From: Raillietiella orientalis
Taxonomy: Eukaryota
Direction: 5' to 3'
Length of the DNA: 64,000 nucleotides
NCBI GenBank assembly: GCA_036172245.1
Contig: JAYWIR010000002.1
Coordinates: forward strand, 1,736,001-1,800,000
Below, piece after piece: positions 24,684 through 37,012 of the stretch (its first letter is position 1; the number at the start of each line of letters is the position of its first letter). The notes beneath the pieces are model-generated. The model saw nothing but the letters and a program-made list of their open reading frames with translations. It was not told the DNA's origin and ran no database searches. A program made the position numbers and the translations under genes.

Positions 24684-25720
24684 CACCGGGTCATGCCGGG
24701 GAGCTTCTTAAAACAAACAAGCTGTCGTGGCAGGATAGCCACGCGTGGTCCAACCGCGCTCCATGGAAACGCCGGACCTGCCGGGGCTGCTGGCACGCAG
24801 ATCGGCGGCGGAAGGGGAGGAAGGAGGGAGCAACAAAAAGAAAAAATGAATAAAAATAAATAAGAACTCTATGGAGGGCCGGGAAGGGTTCACTGTCCGC
24901 TGGAGGGAGCCCTCTGCATTTTTTGGGGGATGCCAGCTTGGTCCGTGTGCATAGGTGCCCAGATGGGACCACCTCGATGCCATCTTCAGGAAGCGGACTG
25001 CAAAATGGACGGTCTCTCGTCCCGTCCTCGTTCGCTTCACTCGGAACCGCTGCAATCCCACGGATGCATCGAAGAGCTGCTGGGGCTACGACTGGAGAGA
25101 GGGCATCCTTCGCGAAGAGCTCATCCTTCATCCACAAGAAGGGTAGCCGCGAAACGGCTCTAGGGTTGCCCACTGAGATCCGCAGGATTGTGACAAAACG
25201 TCCCAATAGCGGCCTGAGGGAAGCGGCACAGTCCAAAAGCAGGTGCTGGATGGATTCCCGTTCATAGCACCTGCGGCTGTCCGGGCTCGCTCCTTTCCCC
25301 CCTTGGGTCCATCGGTGTGTCGTCGGACGTTGCAGGGGGAGACCCCAGTGCAGCAGCAGCGGAAGCTCCACCTGTCCCCTGCCACTTCAAGAAGAGGGAG
25401 CTGCTGGCCACGAACATCGGAGACCACTCCAGGTCTCCACGAATAACACTCAGCAGCTCGCCCCGGTGTGCAAGTCCTCGTGGACAACTGCACGTGGAGT
25501 CGCAACTTCCGTCCGCTGCCCCATGACCCAGCCAATTCATCTGCTTCCTCTTGCGATCTCGCGGCAGACTCTTCTTACCTCGCTGAATGCCTTCCTTATG
25601 GAGGGGCAGTGTTGCGGCAGGGGGAGAGTCGGCTCCGTCCACTTGTTCACGCTGGGACCCTCTAGGAAATTCCTTGGCGAGCAGAAGGTGCAGATGCCGC
25701 ATCGCAGTTAGTTCCACGTC
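24684..25720 (-). mobile_element. LINE ORF2 C-terminus (zinc knuckle) and 3' UTR
   Basis: RRCYERESIQHLLLDC is zf-RVT-like. LFAKDALSPVVAPAALRCIRGIAAV aligns with LFAHDAMSPATSLATLRCLRGVVAV at 47.85 kb. Also RWSHL, and a UTR block GGAGGGCCGGGAAGGGTTCACTGTCC shared with ~52450. Confidence 0.65.
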
Positions 25721-25945
25721 TCCCAGCTCCTCTGGAGCGGGAAGTGCTCTCCCCTGCTAGGAAAACCTACCCCTCTCCGTTTCGCCTCCCTAATCACGGA
25801 ACTTCCCAACAGGGGAGACAGGGAGAGGCAGTGGTCTCAGAACGAAGAATAGGAAGCTTCTGGACACAAACGGGCCGTCGGGAGTTCTCCCGATTCCTTC
25901 GGATCGAGAAAACGAGCGAGCTCTTCCGCTCTGGCGGCGGTTGTT

Positions 25946-26955
25946 TGTTTGTCACCCGGGTGCGCTGGGGCGTTTATTCCTAAACTATCCAGGAACAGAG
26001 TTCCCGGACAAAGGACACAGGAGAAACGAAGGGGGAGGATCCCGGACACGAAGGTAGGTATACCGAAAGTCCGGAGCGGGAGGGAGAGGACCACAAAAAT
26101 ACATATAAAAAACATAAATAAAGATATGGGAGGGTAGGGACAGGGGTCTCTGGTTTTTGGCCGTTGCCTTCCTTCAGAACCGGCTATGGATGCCGGTGAT
26201 CTCGCTCCTAACGTCTTCCGAAAGATGGGCCCACTGGGCAGCCGACGCTATGTTCGCGCCGGCTAATCCGGTAGCCTGTCGACAAATCGCCAGCTTCTCC
26301 AGCTCTCGGTGGGCTTTGTCGATGTTGAGGGTGCAACAGACCGTTGCGATGACAACACCTAAGGACAGGGCGCCTGGCGTGAAGAAGCGGCGCATCAAGT
26401 CTCTCGCGTTTTCGCCATTCGCTTCCATGGACCGTCCGGGAACAGCGTATGACTGCTCCGGACCTACCACGGATCCTGCGATCCTGCCTAGGCGTGCGAC
26501 CCAGAGCTTGGAGAACAACTTGAAGTCCGAATTCTTCAAAGTGATAGGACGCCAGTTGTTTAATTGGTGCACGTCTCCGCCTTTCGGCAGGAGACGCACC
26601 CTCGCCGAGCGGAACGAGGCCGGGACATTGCCCGTCTCTCGCATCAGCGTAGAAAGCCTCAGCACCAGGGGGATGAGTTCCGCCGCGAAGCACTGGTAGA
26701 ACTCCGCAGGCAGACCATCCTCACCTGGCGCCTTACGCTTCTTGAGGCCCTCTATGGCGGAAGACACTTCTTCCGCCGTGAAGGGCAAGTCCAAAGTGGC
26801 GCGTTCCTCCTCGTCAACTGCAGAGGCATCCGCCGGCAGAAGCAGCACGGAGAGACTGCGTTCCGTCGGCTCCCTAGCATACAACGAGGAGTAGTAGCGC
26901 TTTAGGAGGTGGCGAACATCGGCCACGCCCGAGCATTCCAGGCCCTGGTCGTCGA
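25946..26955 (-). mobile_element. Young, 5'-truncated and internally deleted L1/Tx1-clade LINE copy
   Basis: Uninterrupted ORF YYSSLY...KAPGEDGLPAEFY...LLPKGGD..NWRPITLKNSDFK...EQSYAVPGRS (N-terminal RT subdomains) joined to the ORF2 end (QWAHL). It is followed by a 3' UTR, AATAAA (25973-25978) and a CAAA tail. Flanked by GCGGYGGTTGTT at 25934-25945 and 26956-26967. Confidence 0.9.
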
Positions 26956-27849
26956 GCGGTGGTTGTTACTGCCGCTACTGCTGCGATGGTGCCTTGCTCC
27001 CTCCTCCTACCGGCCGAAGAACTTCCTCTTTGAATCAGCAGCAGTTGGGTGAGGGAAGAGAAGGAACAGACGGCAAAGGTCCCCTTTTTCCGGGCAACTG
27101 ATCCTTGGCCCCCATTGTTGGACGTTCGTCGCGCTCACGCTCTCACTGGCTCCCGTTGCTTTTCGGTTGGAGGCTTCCGGGAGCTCCCCACCACCACCAT
27201 CTTCACAGGTGGATGCTGGGGATGGACCGCTCACCCTTCGCTCTCGGTCATCCAACTGGAAGGTGACCAAGTCGTTGTTGCCACGATCTCAGCGGCTGCC
27301 GGTCGGCGCATTCCGTGAGCAGCCTGCAGGGTGCTCGGTGCGAGGAAGCAGCATCATCTCTGCCTCCGGGAATTCCACTTGCAGGCAAAGGGCGCCGTGC
27401 ATCCTCTCCATGCCGCTCCTTGGACCCTGAGGGGGTCCGACGGCTGGCGCTCTCACGGGTGTCAGGAGTTTCTGTGGAAGGGGGTGGTCGCAGACGGTGG
27501 GTGGGATGGGAGCAGTTTGCCCCTCCCGTTTAGGAGCAGCAGGTCCCTCCGACGTTTCTGAATCGACCCCAGCCATGGATTGGTCCAGAGACCTCAAAGG
27601 AAGGTTGCATCTCCCGGCGATACATCTCCGGCGCTCCTTAAACGGTGGTCGAGGGTGTGAGGGAGCGGCCGCTCCTCCCAAACCACACAGCTCTTCCGTG
27701 CCTGCGGGTTCCACTCAACTTTTAGGCAAGCACCCCTCACGCGGGCCGGGGACGACAAGGCCCGGGGCTGAACGCGTGCGCGAAACAGGGAGGCAGAAGG
27801 ATCCCCGAGGGTTCTCCGATGCGAAGGGAGGCGTTATCCGAGCGAGGGC

Positions 27850-28300
27850 CCAAGAGCCAAGGGAACGCCGCGCCTCCCTGAGCTGGACCACTCACGAGCT
27901 GGAGGTTAATTTCCGTCTGGCGCCGAGGAGTTGAACGCGAGGCCTCCGGGTGGCGGCCACTTCGGGTTCCCTTCCTCCCGTCCGGGACTTCTCCGTGCGA
28001 CCCGAAGTCCGCATGAGCATGCTGAACTTCCCCGATGCGAAAGATTCCCCCCTCCACCCTTCGCTCCCTTTTACTACCTACGGTCGTGGAACGGGGGATA
28101 TCGCACCGAGGGTCACCCCTCCTCTTCATCACCGCGACCCGGCGCGCGTGCTGCTCCTCTAAGGAAGGAGGAACTCGGGATAAACGGCAGCTGCATCCCG
28201 GCGGCGCTCCTCTGCGGCCGCGTCGACGCGCGACGAAGCGATGCACCTGGTCCACGCATCCCGGATGATGGATCGCTCGGCAGGGCACGGACGTCGCCCC
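27850..28300 (+). mobile_element. Decayed LINE ORF1-like remnant
   Basis: EVRMSMLNFP...FTTYG resembles the ORF1 RRM pattern V-x3-NxP...YG. Weak. Confidence 0.25.
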
Positions 28301-29879
28301 GTGGAGCTCCGAGAGGACCTCAGACTTGGGCCATCCCGAGGCGGAAAGCGGGACGGCCGCGCTTCCAGGGATTCCCGCCCCCCTCCTTTCCAGGGACGCG
28401 CTCCGCTGCTTGCCAGAGCGAGAGCTGATCCTCGGAGGGAAGGGGGGGGAGGGGGATCAGAGGTGCCAGCTTCTACCTCGGGAAAGCCTCGTTCGTTTCT
28501 AACGGCAAGGCGGGCGAGCGAGAGGCAGGCGGCAGCACCGAGCAGGGACGCTGCTCCCGCGGAAGAACTGAAAGCCACTAACAGGAGGCTACTGACATCC
28601 GTGCGCGTGCGCTCATCCCGTTCTCCGGAAGTGCGCGCAGCCATCCCCAGGCGCGACTCTCCTTCTCTGAGGTCTCCCCAAGGAAAAGACTCTCCCGCGA
28701 GCGCCTCAGACACCTGGAGCCATGCCGGCTCCGCTCCTGCGGTGTCAGAAGGGAAGGGACATCAGTCTCCTTTTCACCTCAGAAGCGTAGAAAGGGGAGA
28801 AGGGGTGGGGAAGGAGGAGCGGGCGTCGCTGCTTCTGGATGCGCGCGCTGGCGGGAAATACGCAGGCGCCGCTCTCCCGGAAAGGAGGGAAGGGAGGCGC
28901 GCCCTTGATCGAGTGAAGGGATCCGAGGGAACACATGTGCCCTCCAGGAGGGAGGAGTATGGGGAGGGAATGGGGGGTGACCCGACTTGGCTCGCGCAGC
29001 TCTGTCGTGCGTTCCTCCGCTCCTGGGGGGAGAAGGGGAAATGTGACAGGTGGGCGCGAACCCGTTGTGGACACTCTGATGCAGACGAGGGCGCTGCCCC
29101 CCGGTAAACTGAGGTGTGATTTTCCCCTCCCCCTTCTCTGCTTCGTTGTGGAAAATTCTCCCTCCTTCCGCCGAAGTCTCGGCGGCGGTCTCCTTTGCGC
29201 GCTCTGCCCGCGGCTTCCCACCACAGATGGGAAGGAGGTCCCCTTTCCGGGACCTCCCCGCCCCGTTCCTCCCTCCCTTTCACTCCTAGACCCGTCGCTC
29301 GAGCCTCGCTCGAAGCCCCGGGGTCAGTCCGCCTTTCGCTCGAGGCCATCCAGGAGGCGTCCGTGTTCGTCCGACCGCCCTAGGCGCAAGCAGGGCCGCC
29401 CCTGTCCCGAGGTCCACTGCGTGGTTCTGGATATTTCGGGATAGAGAGTACCCCCCTATCCTGATCTTCTCGCTTGCCTTCCAGGAAAGAGTGGAATGCG
29501 GGTCTGGCAGGGTTCCCCAGTTGTCCATGGGAGTCCTCCGACTCTCGGATGGCTCCCCCCTCCGTCCTGCATGCTCGGGAGGACGGCTATGAACTGAGAG
29601 GAAGGGAGAACAAGGAGAGGGAGGGACGCGAGGTGTCGTGAACCGGAAGCAGATGGGAACAAGCAGCGGCGGGAGAGGCGGAAAGTGGGGAAGGGCGAGG
29701 AGAAGGGGCGCGAAACCGCCAAGGAAGCGGCCCCGTTCAAGTAGGAGAACCGGCGCTACCCTTCACTGGGGCGCTGCGCCCACAAAGAGAGCGAGGAATC
29801 CCTGGAGTCGCCGAGGTTTTTCTCAGTCCCCCACCCCGCGCACCCTAAGTCTGAGAGGAATCCTTCCCTTGCGGTGGAG

Positions 29880-30640
29880 GAGCGAGGCGCCCCTGACCTT
29901 TGCAGGAGCGGCCCCAGCCAACGCCCGCGGGGCTTCCCTCTGGGAGCTGAAGGAATCACATCTTCTCCCCCCTCCCCCTCCCTGTTCCACGCGGCGCTGT
30001 TTCCGTTCCCCGAACGAGGAGGTGGGGAAGGAAGGGGTTCTCTCCCTTCTCCCCACCCCCTCTTTCCCTTCTTCTTTCAGACTGTCCTCGGGAAGTCTGA
30101 AAGGCGAAATCCTGGCAAGGTGCCTCGAGAGAGTTCTCTCCCTCTCACTTCCAACCCCCTCCTTGGATCCCTCTGTGAGTCTGTCCGGCCGTGGGCTGGC
30201 AGAGAAGGAGGACCAGCAGCAGGGGTCGAGTGCGCCGTTTCGGGGAGCTACGGGAGGGCGATCACTTCACACCTGACAGCTTATCGAACGCTGCCCCTTC
30301 TTTTTACCCCATCTGCCCTATCCATTCCCTCCTCGCGCGAAAGAAGTTGGGGTGCGGGGGTTGGAAGGTCAAGCAAAAGTGTGCCGTTGCAGACTGAGGC
30401 AGAGGGACTACCGGAAGCAGGGATGGTGGGACGGGCGGTCTGGGCGCGCCCACCAGCGAGGACGAGTCCTTGTAGCTCTGCGTACACGGCACCAGGGAGG
30501 ATGCTAAGGGAAAGGTGAGGGGGAGAGGTGGGCAACGTCCTTATCTTCCTTGGGAGGTGGCAGAGCTTCCCAGGATAGATTCCCGGAGAGGTGGAACCTG
30601 GTCGGATCCGGGACGTCCCGTATCCGGACAGGAAGCCTCT
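29880..30640 (+). mobile_element. Decayed L1/Tx1-like reverse transcriptase
   Basis: GVLSLLP, SFRLSS...EILARCLERVL, LSGRG, AYRTL and GNVLIFL occur in RT order. Confidence 0.4.
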
Positions 30641-31004
30641 CTCTCCCTCCGGCGGGGGCCGCACGCGCCACAGAGGACCGGCCAGCGGGTGCTCGGGAAG
30701 GAGGCGCGTGCGAGACGGCGGCAGGGAGTGAGGAGGGGAAGGGGGAGGTGAGGGAGGATGCGAAAAGTCTGTTCAGCCCCCCCCCCCTTCCCCTGCCGAC
30801 CCGACGGGCTTTGCTTTCCTTCTCCACCCCCACCACTCCCCCATCTCGACGCGCTCCCTCCCTCGTTCCCGTAATCGGATCAGGGAGAAATCCAGCTTCC
30901 CGCCCTCCTTTCCTGACTCCCTCATGCTCCTCCCCCTTCCTCCTCCTCCTCTCCCTTCTCCTCCCCCTTTTTTTTTCTTCTTCCGCCCTTCCCCGCGCGG
31001 ACAG

Positions 31005-31140
31005 GAATAACAAAGCGAGTCCCGTCACGAATCCCCGTTCATCCCGTCCTCGCGTTTTAATAACGCGGGCAAGCAGCTGCGAGCACAAAGCGCTCGGCCC
31101 CACTTTAATAAACTGCGCCGCGTCCGTGACTAATTAGGGG
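31005..31140. promoter_or_regulatory. Candidate enhancer ~3.5 kb upstream of Fer3
   Basis: Dense cluster in otherwise AT-poor DNA: AACAAAG 31009, GTCACG 31024, TTAATAA 31057, CAGCTG 31074, CACAAAG 31084, TTTAATAAA 31104, CGTGAC 31125 and CTAATTAG 31130. Confidence 0.35.
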
Positions 31141-32539
31141 AGCGCGTCCCGGCCGCGCCCCCTCGGCCGCGGGCAGCAGGCGGAAAATCGCTGCCGCACA
31201 CACAACACGCTCCGCCCCTTCTGCCCGCCCCGCCGACCCCTTATCGCCCCCCTTTTCTTCTCCCTCGTCACCTCCAGTGCCTCCGTCCTGACCCCCTTCC
31301 TCGCCTGTCCCCTCTCCCCCTTCCACCAGCCTATCCTTCTGCCCCGCTCCCGGTCACTCCTCCCCTTGCGAGAGCCTCGAAGAACTGCGTTTCTTCCCCC
31401 CCCCCCCACCTCCCCTTCACCCTGGAGTATCAGGAGAGCAGACACAGGAAGAGGGTAGGGGAGGATAACGAGCGAGGACCCGTCTTCCAGGTAGCTCCTC
31501 CTCTTCCCTCTTTCTCGGGAGTTGCCGCCGGGGTGCTGCGTCAGGTGCAGGTGAAGAAAAGGGGAAGCGGGATGGGATGGAGCGGGAACGGGGAAGGAGG
31601 ACTCCTCGGGAGGGAAGGGAGGCAAAGGGAGGCACCAGATTTCCACTGCTCCCGGGAAACGATCTCTCTTTCCCTTCCTTCCCTCTCAGGAGGGTGGGAT
31701 GCACCGCGTGAGGGCAGGGACGTACTCCTCGGAGTCCCGAGGAAGAGTAGGGGAGGTAGACCTACAGCTCTTCTCTTCCTTTCCCTGATCATCCCTTGGC
31801 TCCCCGCAAGAGGAGGGAGGGAGGCGGAAGCGGAAGGCAGCAGACGCTTCGGGCTAGGGAAAACATGACCTCTCACGCACGAGGCGAGGATCGCTGCAAG
31901 ATGGAAGGGTGCTCCAGGAGGCCGGTCCCTCCTCTCCTCTGGCCTTCCTTTGCGACGGCAATCCCCCGCCTTGCAGGGGAGCACCCCGCAGGATGCTCGT
32001 CGCGTCTTCGGTGGCGTTACCTCCTTCCCATCCGGCGCTCCCGGAAGTTCTTCCAACGGAGTAGGAACTGGAAAGAAGGCGTGAAGTGTGTTCCTGCGTG
32101 GTTCCTGGAAGGACTCCGCCCGCGTCGGAGGCTTTGTGGTTAAGGCCTCCGCGCGTGGCACTATGCGTCGCGGGATCGAATACTTCGGCAGAAACTCTGA
32201 CGCCACTGCGGCGTCGGGTTCCGAGTTTCTCCTGCAATGGCGCTGGTTGGCCGATGACATTCGAGCGTGGCACCGGTGGTCGTTTAAGCCGGAGGCCCCT
32301 GATGAGGGCCGAAACAATGGGAGTAGAGCTTCTGGTACTTCCAGGAATTGGGGAATGGGGAGTTCCCCCTCCGGTCGTGCAACGGAGAGCGGACCCCCCC
32401 ACCAGGGGGAACCCTCCGGTTTCAAGATGGAGCAGGAACCTTCACCTGTCCCTTCAACCTCTCCACTTGTTTAAAGGAGAGGACCCCTCTGTAGCGGGGG
32501 GACCCTTCGAGTCGCCGCCTCTCCAGAAGAGTACAAGGA

Positions 32540-32880
32540 AGCAAGCGAAAGAGATCCCCCTGCGGGAAGCTGCAGCGCTCCTTCTGAATTTCGGAAGCGT
32601 CCCTTCGGGATTCTCTTCAGAGGAGTGAACAGGAGCGGTTCCCTTCCAGGTTCCCTCCGGAGAAGAAATTCCTACTAGCGGATCCTTTCCGGGTTCCCTT
32701 CGGAGAAGATGAAATAGAGAGGACCACCCCCATTAGGGGGGTGCCCCTCCGGAGAGAATGAGGAAGGAGATTCCCTTCTGGGTTCTGATTCCCCTTCGGA
32801 GACAACTAGGATGCGTTCTCCTCCCCAAACATGAGAGGAACGGACTCCGAGACTTCCTGGATTCATAGGGCGGATCCCCT
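32540..32880 (+). repeat. Dispersed repeat, copy 1 of 3 (probably the LINE EN-RT linker)
   Basis: Its reverse complement shares CCTATGAATCCAGGAAG and further blocks with 53700-53915. GGAAGCGTCCCTTC.GGATTCTC...GGTTCCCTCCGGAGAAGAAAT is shared with the reverse complement of 40400-40480. Confidence 0.7.
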
Positions 32881-34557
32881 CCCCGGATGTCCCCCCTATC
32901 TTGAAGAATAATACACACCGTAAGCGGGAGGCGTGAAATAGTGTTAAAGAGCCACGTGCGCTGCGAGGCACGCGACCGGCTCTTAGCGAACTTAGGTACT
33001 TAGCGAACCAAAAAAAAACAGAAAACCTGAAATACCTGGAAAAAAAAAAATGTTAGTAGGGAAAAAATAGTGAAGGACTCCCCCTCCCCCCCACTTCCCA
33101 ATCCTCGCCTGTCCTTCGTCTCCGGCATTCGCGCCGAGGAGGGAATAAAGGCGGAGGAGGAAGGGGAGGCGACGGTGTCCGAATCATGTCAACTCTCTGC
33201 ACTCCCCCCCCCCCGTGCCCCTACCCTCTCCGTTCTTCGCCCGCGAGCGCAACGAAAGCTCCGTGCGCTACGGGTGAGGGACAGGGGCACGGAGGAGGAA
33301 GGAAACGAGGAGGTGGGGAGAGAGACGAGGATCCTGCTTTCCTCTACAGACAGAAAGCGCGGGGGGAGGGGGGACAACCGATAGCCTCCTGGAGACCATC
33401 GAGGGAAGCTCAGCCCCCGGGAATCCAAGGCGGCTGAGCCCGGGGCGCGCCTCCTATCCCTCACTCGCGGAGGAGAGAGGAAATAAGAGGGTGTCCCCCA
33501 CCTTCCACCCTCCCTGGAACCGCGTGCAACTGCCAGCGCTCCCTACCCTTCCTTCAGGAAGAAAGAGACGCTCCCCGGCGGGAGCACCAGCGAGGCTGGC
33601 CCTCTTGGGCCCGCCATCCTGTCCTCCTCCTCTTCCTCTCCTTCGCTTCCTCTTCTCTTCCCTTCTTGTACGACGTCAGCGATCCACCCCCCCCCCCTCT
33701 ACCCTCGTCTTCCCCTTCTGGCTGTCCGACCCACAGCAGGCCGCGATCCATCCCCCGTCTCCTCCAATCCCGTTTCGAGGATGCACGCCCTGGCACCTGC
33801 CGCGCAGTCTTCCTCCTCCCGTGCTGGAGCTCCACGGAGGTGGCCCTGGGGAGGGGGAGTAGGGGGGGATCTCGGAACTTTCCACCCCCTCACCCTCCCC
33901 AGCATGCGGACTACTGGCGACAAGGAGGGGGGATCTGAGGAAAGTCGAGCGGACGCTGGGTGAGCCCCAACGACCTCCGTGGGAAGGCTCTTCCGATTGT
34001 CCCGGGACGGAAGCGCGTCCCGGAGGAAGGAGGGGAGGACTCCATCCGCGACCTCCCTGCCTTTCCCTGTCCCTGCTCACGTGTCACACGGAGGAGAAGC
34101 GCAACCTCCCTTCCGTCTACTTTTCGGGACCCCATCCTCCTCTCCCCTTCCTTCCCATCCGAGGAATGCCCCGGTACCGCCGTAGGAGCGGGCCGGCGGG
34201 GAACGGGAACGGAGGAGGAAGGAAGCGAGCCGCCGTCGAGCCTCTCCCGGAGCTCTCCCTCTCCCACCTCGGTCCGAGGCTGCGGGAGGGAGTCCCAACT
34301 GCGCCTGCCGAGGAGCGGCCGGATCGATCGAGCCCCGCTCTCGGGGAATCGGCGAGCGTCTGCCGCGAATCCCGCTCGGGGGCGTTCCCGGACTCGTCCC
34401 GGCGAATCCCGCTCTTCCTCCCACGTCGCCGCGCGGCCAGTGCCCGCGCGCGCACTTGGAAGCAGGGGCGGTGCCGCCCCGTCCTGAGAGCGAGGGAGGG
34501 GCGGTGGCGGCGGCAGCAGCGGAAGACCAGCGGGAACAAAAATCCTCCATCCCGCGG

Positions 34558-34820
34558 ATGCTGGAGGCAATGCATCCGGAGAAGACCGCCCGCCGGGTGA
34601 TACCTTCCATGTCCGGCCTCTTTGCCCGCGGCCCCGACCACGACGCTCTCGAGGGGTACCTCCAACCCGAGGCCTTCCACGGCTACCTGGAAGCTGGCAG
34701 ACCCGCCGGGCCGTCTCCCTGGGAGCATGTCTCGGCCCCCTCCATCTGCCAGTATCCGTCGGAGTTCTTCGGAATCTGGGATGCGTCCGGTAGCAGGACC
34801 TCCTGCCTCCTGCAGCAAAG
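34558..34820 (+). CDS. Fer3: Fer3/FERD3L bHLH factor, exon 1
   Basis: First in-frame ATG at 34558 (alternatives at 34570 and 34609). The frame is open to a strong donor AAG|GTAAGC, in phase 2 matching exon 2. Confidence 0.75.
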
Positions 34821-35567
34821 GTAAGCGCAGTCGGTAACCGCCCCTTCTGGAAAGAGGGAGGGTGGGGGGAGAAGAGGGGAAGGAAAAATCCGACCTTCCG
34901 CCCTCCATCCCACCCCACCCTCCAACGGGAAAGCACGGAAAGGAGAGGAGGCTCACGGCCATACGAGGGGGATAGGAAAGGGGGCGATCGCGGGCTTTTA
35001 GGGGCCATGCAGAGGAGGGAAGCACGTTCCTCGCTCCCACGGGAGCCGGACGCCAAGGAGGAAAACCCCTCCCATCTCGCCCTCTTTTCGTTCCCTACAA
35101 GCACTCCTTGAAGTAGGGCATCTCGCTCCCCCTCTTGGGGAAGCCCAGCAGCGTTCCGTCCTCCAGAGGTGGGAGAGACACAGGGAAGGACGCTGAGGTG
35201 GAGGAGGTGCCAGGGGACCGGAGGGACGGGGCGAGCTCCCGCAGTGCCTCCAGGGGAGAAGAGATGCTCCCCGGCAGTGGCGCCAGCGAGAATGGCCCTT
35301 TGGTGCCCGCGATCCTTTCATCCCCCTCGTCCCTTGACGACGCAGAAAGGGCGCCTTCTCTCCCTCCCTCCCTTAAAAGAGGGGGTGGGTCTGTGGAGCG
35401 GAGGGAAGCTCGAAGCGGAGAGGAAGCGAGGAGGGGCGGTCTCCTGGGAGGGGGGGGCGTCCTTCTCTCCTCCTGGCGGTCTTCCCTCGCTGGCCGCCGG
35501 GGGTGGGACGAGGGTTGGCGGAGGGTGGCAGGGTGAATCCTCGAGCCTCCTGCCGTCCGCTTTGCAG

Positions 35568-35919
35568 GGGGCTGGCGAGAGGACCGTCCGTGTACTGCGC
35601 CCCCAAGAAGTCGCGCAGGAGGATCGCCACGCTGGCGCAGAGGAGGGCGGCCAATATCCGGGAGAGGCGACGGATGTTCAACCTGAACGAAGCCTTCGAC
35701 AAGCTGCGTAGGAAGGTCCCCACTTTCGCCTACGAGAAGCGGCTCTCCCGCATCGAGACGCTGCGCCTGGCCATCACCTACATCTCCTTCATGACAGAGA
35801 TCCTGCACCCGGACAAGGTCGCCCACGCCCGCGCCCACGCCATCGACGAGGCGGCGTCCTTCCACCAGTACCGCTTCCACGTGCCCCCCAGGAGCTTCCC
35901 CGTGAGACCTGCTCACTAG
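35568..35919 (+). CDS. Fer3: Fer3/FERD3L (N-twist) bHLH factor, exon 2
   Basis: Acceptor TTTGCAG|G. Encodes [57 protein letters not shown], the Fer3/PTF1-family bHLH. The spliced CDS is 615 nt (204 aa). Confidence 0.96.
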
Positions 35920-36849
35920 GAGCGTCCTCCCCCCCCCTTCGCATCCGACCGCCCAACCACCTTCCAACCTCTCCGTTGCTGCTGGCAACAGCTGGCGACG
36001 CACCCTATCCCTTCGGCCCTCACGCGGGGAGATGGGGCGCGAGGATCGTCAACCCTCACGCCTCCTCCTCCTCTTTCCCTTTTTCTCCTCCTCCTCCTCC
36101 CTGCTTCCTCATCCTCTTTCCTTGATGATGCCGAGAGGGTGCCGTCTCTCCCCTCCCTCCAGAGAAGGAGGGAAGCCTTAGAGCAGAGGTGTGCTCGAAG
36201 CGGCGAGAAGGAGCCGTAGGATGCTGAGCCCCGGCACGGGAGCGAAGGAGCGATGGATCCGCTCCGAACGCAAGGAGGAGGGGTTCTGCCTCCCTTCCCG
36301 CCCCTCCTCCCCTTTCCTCCCACCCTCGCAGTCTCCCGAGTCTCGCGGCTCTCAGCCCTTGCGATTGTGGTCGCAGCAGCCGAGCCGGGACTCAACCTCC
36401 CGTGGATCTGCGCCTTGTCCCCTCCCTCTCCCCCTTTCCTCCAGGAAACCCATTTCTCTCCCGTCCCCTCGTCTTCCGCAAAGGATCTCGGATGTGTCCT
36501 TAGTAAATCATGTAGAAGAGAAAATTGTGAGAAGGAACGGGCGATCCGCCGGGAGCGGCTCCCATGGTGATGGCGCGGCTGGTCGCTAAAGGAACTCACG
36601 AGAGGATGACCAGTGAGTCTTCCCTTCTCGCTCTCCCCTCATCTCTCTCTCTTCTCCCCCTCCCCATTCAGGCTTTTCTATGGCACGGACGGGGGGAGGG
36701 TCAGTCCCTCCCGGATGGAGGGAAGAGGGCAGGGCCGCAGGTGGTGGGCCCTTTTCCGGAGGGACAGGGGGAGATAGTTTGCAGGACGGGAGGGAGGGAC
36801 AGGAGGCGGCGGCAGTCTGTCCGTCAGACGCTCTGGCTTTCCACAAGAT

Positions 36850-37012
36850 GGAGGACGGACGCATCCTTCCTCTTCGATCCCGAAGGCGGCTCCTTGACGA
36901 CGAACCTCCTCGTCCCGAAGAACAGGAAGAGGACACGCGCCTACAGGGAAAGGGGACGACGGACGTATTCCTCTTCCAGGAGCTGCACTCGCACTCGTCC
37001 CGCTTCTCTTGA
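36850..37012 (+). mobile_element. Decayed LINE APE endonuclease start
   Basis: TDVFLFQELH resembles the D-x3-QETH motif. Confidence 0.3.
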
